DNA of 64,000 nucleotides, taken from sequence record NZ_CP090008.1; one strand, 5' to 3'. Shown here piece after piece: positions 9,255 through 19,454 of the stretch. The notes under the pieces were generated by a model. The model was given only the letters and a program-made list of their open reading frames with translations, made no database searches and had not been told where the DNA came from. Position numbers and translations under genes: made by a program. How positions within the stretch are numbered: position 1 is the stretch's first letter; every line of letters begins with the position of its first letter. The DNA comes from a plasmid.

Positions 9255-11198
9255 ATGAAGGAGAGGACTAACCATAATCTTAGTAAGACTCCTTATATTG
9301 ACAAATACACAACAGACCTTACTGAGAAAATCAGACCCAAGCGTCAAGATTTTGTGGCTTGGGGTAGACAAGATGAAATCAGACAAGTCTTTATCTCACT
9401 GAATCGATTAGAAAAAAACTCTCCTGTACTAATTGGTGAAGCTGGTGTAGGTAAAACAGCTATTGTAGAAGGAATTTGTGCGGATATTCTTAACAAGAAA
9501 GCCCACGTCCCAACACGTTTCCAAGGTAAGCAGGTTAAGCAACTAGAATTATCTGCTATCCAAGGGAAAGAATTTGACCATACAGGTAAAGAGGTGAACA
9601 TCATTGCCAAAATGGACGGATTGATTAAAGAGTTTATGGCTCACAAAGATGAGTTTATCCTCTTTATTGATGAAGTGCATACCATTATGGGAACAGGTGT
9701 TGAGGGAAGTGCTCTTGACGTCGCTAATAGCTTGAAACCAGCCTTATCTCGTGGGGAAATCTATCTTATTTCAGCCACTACAGCTGATGAGTTTATGATT
9801 ATCGAACGAGACCCAGCGATGGAACGACGTCTGCAACCAGTTTACGTTGATGAACTGGACAAAGAGGCATCTATTTTGGTCTTGAAAAAACGTCGTCCCA
9901 AGTATAAACGAGAACTTGATATTGAGATTCCTACTGATGCCATTAAGGCAGCAGTAGAATTATCTATTCGTTATGTCACGGATAAAATGCTTCCGGATAA
10001 AGCTATTGATATTATTGATGAAGCTTCAGCGACTGCAAATATCGATGGGAAATCAGAGATTACCTTAAAAGATATTGCGAGTGTCATTCACCGTAAAAAA
10101 GGTATTCCTATGGAAAGTCTTCTACGCACGTCCTCAACACCAGTGGATTTTGCAGAAGGTATGCGTGCTGTTGTTAAGGGGCAAGACCATGTGATTCGAA
10201 CTATAGCACGCCTTATGTATAAAGGTATCCAGGGTGGGCAGAACAAGCGAAGACCTCTAGGAACTCTTCTTCTACTTGGAACAACAGGTACAGGTAAAAC
10301 TGAATTGGCGAAACAAGCAGCAAAACAACTGTTTGGTAGTGAAGAAGCGATGATTCGGCTGGATATGTCAGAATACATGACTGATAATGCTGTTGTTCGT
10401 CTTATAGGAAATGACGAGCGAAAAGGTGACTTAACGGAGAAAATTAAGAAGAATCCCTACTCGTTAGTACTATTGGACGAGTTAGAAAAGGCTCATCCAG
10501 ATGTATGGGCTTTATATTTGCAAATGCCTGATGACGGGCATTTGACTGATGGACGTGGACGAAAAATCAATTTTAAGAATACGTTTATCATTGCGACATC
10601 AAACGTGGGGCATAAGCGAATCAGAGATAAATATATCACCTCTGGTCAAACCTTTACAGAAATGAACAAGACTGACTATAAAGAGTTCATGAAGGATATG
10701 AGAGACGAGTTAATCAAAATCTTTAAGCGTCCTGAATTTATCAACCGTTGGAAAATTGAAGTGACTAATATCTTGACGAAACAAACCATTGATAAGATTG
10801 TCTATTCAAAAATGGCAGTACATGAGAGTACTTGGTTTAAAGAGCATCATATCCTTATTAATTATGAGGATGTTAAGGATGGTGACCAAATTATCGATGG
10901 CAAAAAATACTTCTATGAATATCTCAGTAGTGTCGGTGTTAGTCCAGAAGATGGAGCAAGGCCTTTAGAGAGAACTATTGATGAAGTGTTAACTGATGAA
11001 ATCTTTGAGCAATTGTATTTCCTTGGGCGAAAGCCAGAAGATTACTTTATGGTTGATGTGTCTTTATCTGGACATGCACCAGGAACGTTTGCGTATGGGA
11101 ACTCAGGTAGAAAGACAGTTCAAGATAGACGTCAGACACATATTACTGTCAAACGGATACCTCCAGAGGAGTATGGTAACTATTTGCTTACTTCTTAA
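9255..11198 (+). CDS. ClpA/ClpB-family double AAA+ ATPase lacking N-domain
   Basis: D1: RQDEIRQVFISLNRLEKNSPVLIGEAGVGKTAIVEGI (Clp D1 signature); D2: VKGQDHVIRTIARLMYKGIQGGQNKRRPLGTLLLLGTTGTGKTELAKQ...MIRLDMSEYM (Clp D2 signature); 647 aa, too short for N- and full M-domains. Confidence 0.75.
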   Translation: MKERTNHNLSKTPYIDKYTTDLTEKIRPKRQDFVAWGRQDEIRQVFISLNRLEKNSPVLIGEAGVGKTAIVEGICADILNKKAHVPTRFQGKQVKQLELSAIQGKEFDHTGKEVNIIAKMDGLIKEFMAHKDEFILFIDEVHTIMGTGVEGSALDVANSLKPALSRGEIYLISATTADEFMIIERDPAMERRLQPVYVDELDKEASILVLKKRRPKYKRELDIEIPTDAIKAAVELSIRYVTDKMLPDKAIDIIDEASATANIDGKSEITLKDIASVIHRKKGIPMESLLRTSSTPVDFAEGMRAVVKGQDHVIRTIARLMYKGIQGGQNKRRPLGTLLLLGTTGTGKTELAKQAAKQLFGSEEAMIRLDMSEYMTDNAVVRLIGNDERKGDLTEKIKKNPYSLVLLDELEKAHPDVWALYLQMPDDGHLTDGRGRKINFKNTFIIATSNVGHKRIRDKYITSGQTFTEMNKTDYKEFMKDMRDELIKIFKRPEFINRWKIEVTNILTKQTIDKIVYSKMAVHESTWFKEHHILINYEDVKDGDQIIDGKKYFYEYLSSVGVSPEDGARPLERTIDEVLTDEIFEQLYFLGRKPEDYFMVDVSLSGHAPGTFAYGNSGRKTVQDRRQTHITVKRIPPEEYGNYLLTS

Positions 11199-11200
11199 GG

Positions 11201-11240
11201 GGTGTCACTAGGTTGTGACTCGTAGATGGAATATTGTAGA
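11201..11240 (+). promoter_or_regulatory. promoter with conserved upstream element GGTGTCACTAGG abutting -35 (TTGTGA)
   Basis: One of four occurrences of GGTGTCACT(G/A)GGTT immediately 5' of a -35-like hexamer (see 16240, 49217, 53256). Confidence 0.45.
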
Positions 11241-11270
11241 CTACAGACATTAAAATTTAAGGAGGCTGTT

Positions 11271-11618
11271 TTGAAAGAAAACACATTTTTGAACAACGTG
11301 AAGACTAAGGCATCAACACTTGGAATGACTGCTTTGTTGACGTTAAACTCTGTATCACTTGCTTTTGCGGAGCAAACTGGAGGAAAAGCTGCTAACCCAG
11401 CTAATGAGGCAACAAATACGCTTAATGATGTTTCAGGTATGTTGCGACTTGTATTCCCGGGGATAGCAATAATATCTGGTTTAGTTGCATGTATCTTGAT
11501 GATGATGGGTGAAAAGAAACGAACGGAAGCCCTTGACCGACTCTTGTGGATTGCAATCGCACTAAGTGTTGGTTCGGCGCTTGTTTTGGTTGTTAATTAT
11601 CTTTGGCAACCCAAATAA
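11271..11618 (+). CDS. VirB2/PrgF-like small membrane (pilin-like) protein, TTG start
   Basis: RBS AAGGAGG 7 nt before TTG; signal peptide ...LTLNSVSLAFAEQ then two hydrophobic helices. Confidence 0.5.
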   Translation: MKENTFLNNVKTKASTLGMTALLTLNSVSLAFAEQTGGKAANPANEATNTLNDVSGMLRLVFPGIAIISGLVACILMMMGEKKRTEALDRLLWIAIALSVGSALVLVVNYLWQPK

Positions 11619-11638
11619 GTCTTTAAGAGGTATACTTT

Positions 11639-12853
11639 ATGGAAAAAGAATTACTTACCATAAAGGGGAATCGCAAGGTATTGTTTCCCGATGCCTTGTT
11701 TCTTTATATCGAGTGGAAAGGAAATGCAAATCCTAAAAAGAATGAAGAGTTAGCGGATATCATTGATGACTTAGATACTGAATATTTCCCTAGTAATAAA
11801 AAAGAAAGTATCGCTCAAAGTCTACCATTTCTAACTTTTAAACAAGCAGAATTACTTTTTCGAGAAATTAAAAAGCGTTATTCTGAATTTACCTTAAAAG
11901 GAATTGCCCTTGCTAGTCAACCGATGGAACAAAATGGTCGTGTGACACGACCAACTACGGGAGTCCCTAGTATTGAAGGACAACCTCAGATTACCCCTTT
12001 TGTTATTACGAAAGATTATAAGGAACTCGTTACCCCACTCATCGAAGAAGCACACCGTGATAAACGGTTTGAGAAAACAACATATGAAGGTATCTCCAAC
12101 TTTTTCAGTGGGCCTATGGGGTTACTTCCATGTTATGCTGAAAGTCTTGGATTGTCTCTAGTTGATATGCCACCCTATCCAAAACCTGGAACGATTGAAG
12201 GAGAACTTCCAAATCGTCTTATGTCGAATAAGGATAAGCATAAACAGTCAGTTGCTGGAGCCAAGAAACGGAAGGAGAAGACAGGCAGAGTGTATGAAGA
12301 TGAAGAAGTAGGACCACCAAGTAAGTTGTCATTGATTTTGGCTATTGGGTCTTGTACCTTGTCGGTGTTCTTATTGTTGATGCTAATGGTCTATAATAGT
12401 AATTTCACGCGCGTGAAGAAAGAACTTGTGGCCACAACAGATAAAGTTGAGCGTCTTACAATGATACAAGATCATGAACATGAGATTGATGTCATGGCTC
12501 GTTATTTCTTGTCATACTATTATTCAGGAGATAAGGATAAGCTTAAGGCTTACTTGGATAATAACGACGCTAAATTTACTAACCCAGAGGTAGCGACTGT
12601 TTCTAGCACAATGTTGGAGAAAGTTGAACTCGTTAAGAATGAGAAAGATACCTATGAGGTTACATACGTTGTTGGTACAACGGATGAGGCTCAAAAAACG
12701 ACAGTTCGTCGTGTTACTTTCAATGTTAAGAAAAAACCATCAGCTACTCAAGGTTGGGTAGTTACATCTGAACCGACAACAACAGCATTTGCAATTCCAA
12801 CATCTCCTTCTACTGAAACTTCAGCTGAAAACACTGAAAACAAGGAGGGATAA
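11639..12853 (+). CDS. VirB8/TcpC-like conjugation protein (single TM, NTF2-like C-terminal domain)
   Basis: Central TM LSLILAIGSCTLSVFLLLMLMVY; C-terminal region with pattern typical of TcpC/VirB8-like fold; position in operon. Confidence 0.45.
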   Translation: MEKELLTIKGNRKVLFPDALFLYIEWKGNANPKKNEELADIIDDLDTEYFPSNKKESIAQSLPFLTFKQAELLFREIKKRYSEFTLKGIALASQPMEQNGRVTRPTTGVPSIEGQPQITPFVITKDYKELVTPLIEEAHRDKRFEKTTYEGISNFFSGPMGLLPCYAESLGLSLVDMPPYPKPGTIEGELPNRLMSNKDKHKQSVAGAKKRKEKTGRVYEDEEVGPPSKLSLILAIGSCTLSVFLLLMLMVYNSNFTRVKKELVATTDKVERLTMIQDHEHEIDVMARYFLSYYYSGDKDKLKAYLDNNDAKFTNPEVATVSSTMLEKVELVKNEKDTYEVTYVVGTTDEAQKTTVRRVTFNVKKKPSATQGWVVTSEPTTTAFAIPTSPSTETSAENTENKEG

Positions 12854-12856
12854 CCT

Positions 12857-15100
12857 ATGGGTGCAGAAGCAACAATTGAGATTGAACAAGGGAAGGTCTG
12901 GCCATCCCTATCAGATATGATCTCTCAATCGAAAGATTGGCCTAATGAAGTTGGTTCTAAAGGTTGGGGAGGTGACAAAGATAAAGAGCTATTATTGGCA
13001 TCCTTTTATGCACAGTGGGACCAATACCTCCATCCAACAACTGGGGTATTTATAGCCTTTGGCTTTATTCCTGAGATGCTTTCAAAGGGTATCTATAGTT
13101 TTAGTTATGCGATTGAGAAGGTTTATCTCAACATGTTTAAGTTATTTGGGATGTTTGATTATATTAGTCAGTCGGATAGCTTTGTTGGTCAGGTTTATAA
13201 GTGGCTTCAAATCGTTGGGATTTCTTTATTTGTTTTGGTAACGCTCATTCGTCTTATAATGGCTATGGCAGGAGCACCTTTCAGGTACAGAGAATTCTTC
13301 AATCACATTATTTTGGTAACTTTTTCTGTAACTGCACTTCCGGTGTTCGCTTCAAAATTTGGTAGTGCTATAGCGAAGGATACCGTAGGACTAGCCTATT
13401 ATGACATAACTGGCAGTGGTCAGAGTGTTTCACTTTCTGTAACCCCATTTCGGGGTAATACGGTTGACCTCGAAATGCTGTATGCAATGGATTTTGATAC
13501 AGATAAGTTAGGCTATAATGAAGATACTCATTTTATAGCGGGGGATAAAAACTGGAATACCATTTCAGATGGTAATATTTGGTTCACCAATTTTACTGAA
13601 ACTTATGGCCCAACCAACAAAGCCATGTTGCAGTATTATTCTGGACGTGAAGGACGAGTATCCTCAATAACTAAGTTCGTAGGAGTGCGAGAAGACGGTT
13701 CGGTTGATTGGGGGCAACAAGTAAAAAATGGTATAGCCTTATCTAACCCAATAACTGCTCTTCTTCAAACTAGTAAAATATTTTTTACTGGTTGGAAAGA
13801 GGAATCTGAGTGGAAAGATAATCAGGCAAAATCACCTTACAATGGATTTTCTGATGTAATGAGATCTACGCTCAACACCATTCGTTATGCAGATGGCAAG
13901 ATTGCTTATGCACGAGTCACTACGTCAAAATCAGGTTATTTCCTTGGTTTTGATAATACTGCTTTCTTACCAACTTATGCTCGCTATAAAGTTGACTGGA
14001 TAGCACTGATAACTCAGCAAATCATTCTTTTACTCCTTCTCATCGGATTGCTAGTAACTACGGTACGAGTAATTTTCAAAACGCTTATAACAGTGATTAT
14101 CTCACCCCTAGTTTCTTACGCAGCAGTCGGAAATAGTATGAGAATCTTGGAGGTTTGGCAGGAAGTTATGACAGGAATTGCTGCCATCTGGTTCCAACTA
14201 CTATTCGTTAAAGTAGCTCAATGGTTCTTAATTACTTATAGTGAAGTGAAACTCAATCTAGGTTCTGGAGCACCTGATGTTGCTAAGAAAACTCTAGGTG
14301 GAAGTTTCTATGATGGACTAGATCCATTCCAACATGCGATTGCCACGATTGCCGTTTACCTAGGTGTTTACCTAGCGGTTTCCCAAGGCTCAAAAGTCTT
14401 GGAACGCTGGATAGGTATTGATACTAACCTTTCAAGTGGCACTAAGGCTGGAGTCGCTACAATGGCTGTTGGTGCTATGGCTGCTAGTAAAATGGGTGGT
14501 GGTGCTAGAAACTTCGCTGTTGGTAGGTATAATCCAAATACTGGCAGACGAAATCAAAGTGGATTTAACCGTCTCAGAAATAGTGTTAGTAGTGGAACCA
14601 AAGTTGGTGTAAAGGGACTTAAGACTGCTGGAAGTACAGTAGGTTCGACTGCTAACAATATCAGACGAGGAGCCTTAACTGCTGCTGGTGCTACTGCAGG
14701 TACTGTAGCTGGTACTTGGAATGCAATGGCTGATAGACGAGCTCATGGTCTTAAGTATAGAGAGATTGTTGGTCAGTCAATGAGTGCTGCTGGACGCAAT
14801 GTGTCTAAAGGAGTCAAAGAGACTGTTAAATCTGGTAAAGAAGTTGTTGGCAATGAATTCAAGAATGCTAGTCAAACAGTTAAGAGAGACTTCTCAAGTA
14901 GTTTCGGAGCAGGTTATACAAGTACTAGAGATAATGTTAGAGACAAAATCTTAAATAGTACTGGTGGAGCTGGAAGAATTACTCCAAAGGGAGATACTTC
15001 AAGCATTACTCCTCCGACTCAAAGTTTATCAAAGAAGAATAGGTTAGATAGCGACAGTCGATTACAGAAATTTGATGCTGGAGAAGATGGAGAATTGTAA
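12857..15100 (+). CDS. VirB6/TrbL-like polytopic conjugation channel protein (cf. Tn916 Orf15 / ConG / TcpH)
   Basis: 747 aa, multiple TM helices in first 550 aa, Gly/Ser/Thr-rich hydrophilic C-terminal tail. Confidence 0.6.
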   Translation: MGAEATIEIEQGKVWPSLSDMISQSKDWPNEVGSKGWGGDKDKELLLASFYAQWDQYLHPTTGVFIAFGFIPEMLSKGIYSFSYAIEKVYLNMFKLFGMFDYISQSDSFVGQVYKWLQIVGISLFVLVTLIRLIMAMAGAPFRYREFFNHIILVTFSVTALPVFASKFGSAIAKDTVGLAYYDITGSGQSVSLSVTPFRGNTVDLEMLYAMDFDTDKLGYNEDTHFIAGDKNWNTISDGNIWFTNFTETYGPTNKAMLQYYSGREGRVSSITKFVGVREDGSVDWGQQVKNGIALSNPITALLQTSKIFFTGWKEESEWKDNQAKSPYNGFSDVMRSTLNTIRYADGKIAYARVTTSKSGYFLGFDNTAFLPTYARYKVDWIALITQQIILLLLLIGLLVTTVRVIFKTLITVIISPLVSYAAVGNSMRILEVWQEVMTGIAAIWFQLLFVKVAQWFLITYSEVKLNLGSGAPDVAKKTLGGSFYDGLDPFQHAIATIAVYLGVYLAVSQGSKVLERWIGIDTNLSSGTKAGVATMAVGAMAASKMGGGARNFAVGRYNPNTGRRNQSGFNRLRNSVSSGTKVGVKGLKTAGSTVGSTANNIRRGALTAAGATAGTVAGTWNAMADRRAHGLKYREIVGQSMSAAGRNVSKGVKETVKSGKEVVGNEFKNASQTVKRDFSSSFGAGYTSTRDNVRDKILNSTGGAGRITPKGDTSSITPPTQSLSKKNRLDSDSRLQKFDAGEDGEL

Positions 15101-15249
15101 TAACGAGTTTACAAAGTTTCGCTACAGTCTTGTAAGTTAAGATTCTTAGTCTATGTTGAGTATTGTAATTGCTATCTTTGTTCGGAGTATCAGACGACTA
15201 CACTGTAAAGAAATGATAGAACGCCTATTCAGAACAGCCAAAAAATAAA

Positions 15250-15285
15250 AAGACAAACATCAAAAGAATGTTTGTCTTTACTTTA
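15250..15285. terminator. bidirectional hairpin terminator
   Basis: aagacaaacat-caaaagaa-atgtttgtctt, A-run upstream and T-rich downstream. Confidence 0.6.
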
Positions 15286-15453
15286 ATCCTGTATGAGAAA
15301 GGATGGCTTTGACTTATAAACACCAACAGGGATATATTACGTATGTTCGTATAGAATTAGTTTAAGAGGTAAGACAGTACTGAAAGGTAGTACAGTAACT
15401 CACACTTTAATCAGTATTCTGATAAATAATTCTTTTAACTTTCCTATTGATTC

Positions 15454-15642
15454 TTAGCCAATGTTTAATTCCTTTCGTTTGTTGGTGACATAAGTTTTTA
15501 AATCAATTACATCTTGAACAGTAGGCTCATAATTTTCAATCATTGAAGATCCGATAGCATACCAAACGGTATCAAAATCTGAATAATTATCAAAAGAAAT
15601 TCCTAAAATTGTTAATTCTTCTTCATTTACATCAAGAGTCAT
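15454..15642 (-). CDS. small acidic protein (62 aa)
   Basis: RBS AGAGAGGTG 5 nt upstream on minus strand; downstream of membrane protein 15742..16104(-). Confidence 0.45.
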   Translation of the reverse strand: MTLDVNEEELTILGISFDNYSDFDTVWYAIGSSMIENYEPTVQDVIDLKTYVTNKRKELNIG

Positions 15643-15741
15643 GGCACACCTCTCTTAGATTATAGACAAACTACTTTTTCAAAGGTGGTTTGTTTTTTAT
15701 TTTCTTAACATAATAGCATCGGCTGAATAGGTTTCCCCTCA

Positions 15742-16104
15742 TTATTTCTTTGCCATGAAGAATAAGAACAATGGATTGAAAAGGCTGATGATGAATAGAA
15801 TAATACCACAGATAATTAACAAACCAAATACTGGGAAAAAGAAACTAGAAACAGCACCTACTAGGATTCCTATTGAATGGATGATGCCATGGAGTGTCAT
15901 AAATAAACAAAATAGAGCAAATATTCCAGTTAGAGACAACGAAAATTTAAACCAAATTGTTTCAGCAGCCTCACTTATCGTAGAAAAAAGAAGTGTGAGA
16001 AAGAAACAAGCGATACCAATTAGTACTGAAAAAAGTAACCATTTTAACGAGGTCCAAGTGCTTATATAAAGTGAAAAATAAAAATCTTGTAAAAACTCTA
16101 GCAT
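15742..16104 (-). CDS. small polytopic membrane protein (120 aa)
   Basis: AGGAGG RBS 7 nt upstream on minus strand; 4 predicted TM helices; the overlapping plus-strand ORF 15755..16069 is low-complexity and rejected. Confidence 0.5.
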   Translation of the reverse strand: MLEFLQDFYFSLYISTWTSLKWLLFSVLIGIACFFLTLLFSTISEAAETIWFKFSLSLTGIFALFCLFMTLHGIIHSIGILVGAVSSFFFPVFGLLIICGIILFIISLFNPLFLFFMAKK

Positions 16105-16239
16105 CCTAAAACCTCCTAAAAAAAGATTATTGCGATTGTATTTATTTGATTGTAACAGTTTTTAAGTAGCTAGACAAGGACAGAGAGCACTAAATAGAAG
16201 TGATCAATCAAAATCATGGAGAAGTATGAGTAGCTAATA

Positions 16240-16281
16240 GGTGTCACTGGGTTACGAACGTCCCATACTGTTTTGTAGAAT
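16240..16281 (+). promoter_or_regulatory. promoter: GGTGTCACTGGG element + TTACGA -N18- TAGAAT
   Basis: Conserved element copy 2; ~35 bp upstream of CDS 16313. Confidence 0.5.
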
Positions 16282-16312
16282 AGGGAAGAATAATGTTTAT
16301 GGAGGAAATGAT

Positions 16313-17149
16313 ATGCCAGGTTTAATTGAAGAACCAGTATTGACAAAAAAAGAACTTAGAAAACGAAATAAAGAACTTAAGAAACAAAAAAAAGAAGAGG
16401 CACGTAAAAGTAAACAAGCTAAGAAGAAGGAAAAACAAACACAATATGAAAGTATCGACCTTGGTGAACGTGCCGGAGAGGAATTTGTGTATGTTCCACT
16501 TAATAAGAAGAAACGTAAAGATTTTTTAGACACTGTTGCGATAACTGATGTGAAGTCTATCCTATATGGCTATCCTAATCAACCGATACGATTAGCTAAT
16601 GGCTATTCAGGATATGTGCAGATTTTTGAGGTGTTTGGGCAAGATATTCAAGCGATGTCTAACGAAGAACAGGCAGCAATTAAAGTAGGATTCACTCTTT
16701 TTCTGTCTGGGACTGCCTTTGACATGATGATCCAGACAACAAAATTGCCAACAGATGTCTCAAGTCAATCTAACGAATTGCTACGTCTGCTAGATGAAGT
16801 CAAACAAGAACAGAACGCTCCAGAATTGATCATCAATGATGGTGATGACATTGATACCATTTCACGTAAAGAGAGACTTGTTTATCAACTTAGACAAAGA
16901 GAAGATATTTTGAAAACAAAATATCTCGTCCAACAAGTCATTGCGATCAATCAACAAAATATCGAGTTCTTTATTTGGGTGTTTGGAGATACTTTAGCTG
17001 AAATTGATTCCAATACCCGTACCACACTAACGATTGCCTCAAACCACGGATTTAGCCCAAAAGTTGTATCTGTCGAAAAGAAGGAAGAGCTATTGACTCA
17101 ATATTACAACTTTAATGATTCACTTAATGTTTCACTTAATCAGTACTAG
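16313..17149 (+). CDS. conjugation-module protein with Lys-rich N-terminus
   Basis: ATG at 16313 preceded by AGGAGG; the annotated 16241 start is just the translated promoter element; KKELRKRNKELKKQKKEEARKSKQAKKKEK. Confidence 0.5.
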   Translation: MPGLIEEPVLTKKELRKRNKELKKQKKEEARKSKQAKKKEKQTQYESIDLGERAGEEFVYVPLNKKKRKDFLDTVAITDVKSILYGYPNQPIRLANGYSGYVQIFEVFGQDIQAMSNEEQAAIKVGFTLFLSGTAFDMMIQTTKLPTDVSSQSNELLRLLDEVKQEQNAPELIINDGDDIDTISRKERLVYQLRQREDILKTKYLVQQVIAINQQNIEFFIWVFGDTLAEIDSNTRTTLTIASNHGFSPKVVSVEKKEELLTQYYNFNDSLNVSLNQY

Positions 17150-17160
17150 AAGGAGTTCAC

Positions 17161-19122
17161 ATGGATTTAAGTTCACGAAAAATCAAGAAATATATTCGAG
17201 AGGGTTATGACCTCAATCTTATTAGTAGGATTCAAAGTGATATTCCTGATTTCAAATATGATGATAGATATTGGAGACAAGCAAACGGTTATTATAAGAT
17301 TGCTCATGTTCCATATGACCGATACCCAGAACACGGTTTACCTGACTTCTGGATGAGTGATTTAATGCTCGTTGATAATGTTATCAGTTTTATGTCCTTA
17401 GAACATGCTGCAAATAGTGAAATGTCCGACCTAGCTTCAAAAGCTATTTCGAATATGTTAGCCACTCAAAATACAAAGGCTGCACAAGATGCCGATGATA
17501 AGATGCGTATCAGTTCTTTGTTAGACTATCGTGAAAAACTAGGTAACAACGTTCCTTCTAAAAAAATTCACACTCGCTTTTTATTAGCTGCAAACACATT
17601 GGAACAACTGGTAGAACGAGAAGCTGACCTCAAGCAACAGTTGAATCAGTATTCTATCTCTTCTTCAGATGGCATGCAAGACGTCGAATATCATACAGCC
17701 TTTATCCCAGCTTCTCGTTTGGAAGACACCCCACTACGTCGAAAAGGGCAAGCCGCATCCGTCTGGGATTTAGGTGCTGGCTATCCTTTTAATCATACGA
17801 ACTTAATGGATACCTATGGTGTTTACTTGGGAGAAACACGTACTGGTGGTGTGGTGAACTTTGACCTTTTGCATGAAGATAGGGAACGTAAAATTCCATC
17901 AATGCTGATTGCCGGAGCAGGAAACGGGAAGATGAAACTGTTAGGTAATTTGATTGATACCTATTTTGCTAAAGGCCATACCATTTTTAACATTGACCTT
18001 ACTGGTAACTTAAAAGAACTTACGGAACTTCAAGGTGGTCGATATGTTAAGATGTCTGGTACTAATAATCGAAATCATATTAACCTCATGCAAATTATTG
18101 CAACGGCTTCCTCTGCAGATGGAGAAACAACGGACCAGGTTCAATCTTTCTATGCCCACCGTAATAAATTACGTGCTTTAGCTCAAATTCTTGATTCAGG
18201 GTTAAAGAACTCTGACCTCAATAATTTGTCTTCTGCTTTAAACGACTTTTATGAAGACCGTAGTCTGTGGAACCGTAATGCAGAAGTCATGGACCAAGAA
18301 GACTTAACGATTACTAATGTTATTCCAGAAGATTATCCGATTCTATCTCATTGGGTAGAACGCTTAAACAAGCTTAAAGAGGACAAAATCGCAGAGGGAA
18401 ATAAAATTGATGCTGCAAGTTATGACCGTCTCTATAATGCTTTCTCTGGTCTCTTGGGGGATTATCGCTTCTTAAATGCGACCTCACAGTTTGAAGATTT
18501 CTCAAATGAACAAGTTGTGACCTTTGACCTCTCTGGGATTCAAGATACTAAACTTCTTAATATTCAGCTTTACCAAGTGTTATCTATCATTTCATCATAC
18601 GCTGTAGCAAATGGAAGAAGGGTCTCTGAGTATTTCCGTAGAGGGATTATCGGGGGAGATAAGAGCCAACGACCTCATAGCATTATTACCATTAACGGAG
18701 CACATAAGCTCTTCAATTATCGTTACTCAGAGTCTCTTAACTTTTTAAAGGATTTGATTGAGAATGTAAGTAGTAACTATTCCGCATTTATTATGGAAAT
18801 GAGTTCATTAGATAACATTCTCTTGAATGCAAACTCTACGGACGCAGTGGACTACGTTTTAGCGACACGCGCAATTTTCTCTATGATGACGTATCGTGTC
18901 TTTTCTCAATTAGGTGATTTGACTATCCCTCGTCTAGCAGATGCTTTACAAGGGGAAATGACCGAGAGTGAACTTTCGTCACTTAAATATTTAAGAGATG
19001 GTGATTTCTTCCTAAATATTGCTTCTGTCAAGAACTTAGTCTTCAACCATCAACTAGCGGATAATAGGTCTTATGGTAAGTATCCGTATGATGAACATGT
19101 TCGCTATGCATTCTTACCTTAG
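17161..19122 (+). CDS. VirB4/TrsE-like conjugative ATPase (divergent P-loop)
   Basis: 653 aa; P-loop-like IAGAGNGKMK, size and operon position of VirB4-family ATPase; Walker A ends in M not S/T. Confidence 0.4.
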   Translation: MDLSSRKIKKYIREGYDLNLISRIQSDIPDFKYDDRYWRQANGYYKIAHVPYDRYPEHGLPDFWMSDLMLVDNVISFMSLEHAANSEMSDLASKAISNMLATQNTKAAQDADDKMRISSLLDYREKLGNNVPSKKIHTRFLLAANTLEQLVEREADLKQQLNQYSISSSDGMQDVEYHTAFIPASRLEDTPLRRKGQAASVWDLGAGYPFNHTNLMDTYGVYLGETRTGGVVNFDLLHEDRERKIPSMLIAGAGNGKMKLLGNLIDTYFAKGHTIFNIDLTGNLKELTELQGGRYVKMSGTNNRNHINLMQIIATASSADGETTDQVQSFYAHRNKLRALAQILDSGLKNSDLNNLSSALNDFYEDRSLWNRNAEVMDQEDLTITNVIPEDYPILSHWVERLNKLKEDKIAEGNKIDAASYDRLYNAFSGLLGDYRFLNATSQFEDFSNEQVVTFDLSGIQDTKLLNIQLYQVLSIISSYAVANGRRVSEYFRRGIIGGDKSQRPHSIITINGAHKLFNYRYSESLNFLKDLIENVSSNYSAFIMEMSSLDNILLNANSTDAVDYVLATRAIFSMMTYRVFSQLGDLTIPRLADALQGEMTESELSSLKYLRDGDFFLNIASVKNLVFNHQLADNRSYGKYPYDEHVRYAFLP

Positions 19123-19145
19123 AAATGGTGAAAGGGGGAAATACA

Positions 19146-19451
19146 ATGAACCTACAGCAACCATATTCTGATGAGGCATTCCAACTACAAACTAAAATTC
19201 TGACAGAGGATAATCCGCATGATTTGGAAAGAATTGTAAATGATTACTTAGAGATCTTGGCTTACAAAAAGACCTGTCGTGTTGTTGATATTACTTATCA
19301 GATGCGAAAAACACATCTTTTAAGTAGTTTATGTGGCTTATTTGGAAGTCAGCAAGTGGATGAGTACTCAGCCATGATTATCTACCAAGAACCTGCTCGA
19401 TTTGAGTCGAGAATATTTGAATCGGAAGAAGAACCAGAGGAGGAAAATTAA
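19146..19451 (+). CDS. small hypothetical protein, conjugation module
   Basis: ATG 19146 with GGGGG RBS; acidic C-terminus. Confidence 0.4.
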   Translation: MNLQQPYSDEAFQLQTKILTEDNPHDLERIVNDYLEILAYKKTCRVVDITYQMRKTHLLSSLCGLFGSQQVDEYSAMIIYQEPARFESRIFESEEEPEEEN

Positions 19452-19454
19452 ATA

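Noticed and set aside
15755-16069. 104-aa plus-strand ORF
   Set aside because: Overlaps the better-supported minus-strand membrane protein 15742..16104 (which has an AGGAGG RBS); plus-strand product is low-complexity.
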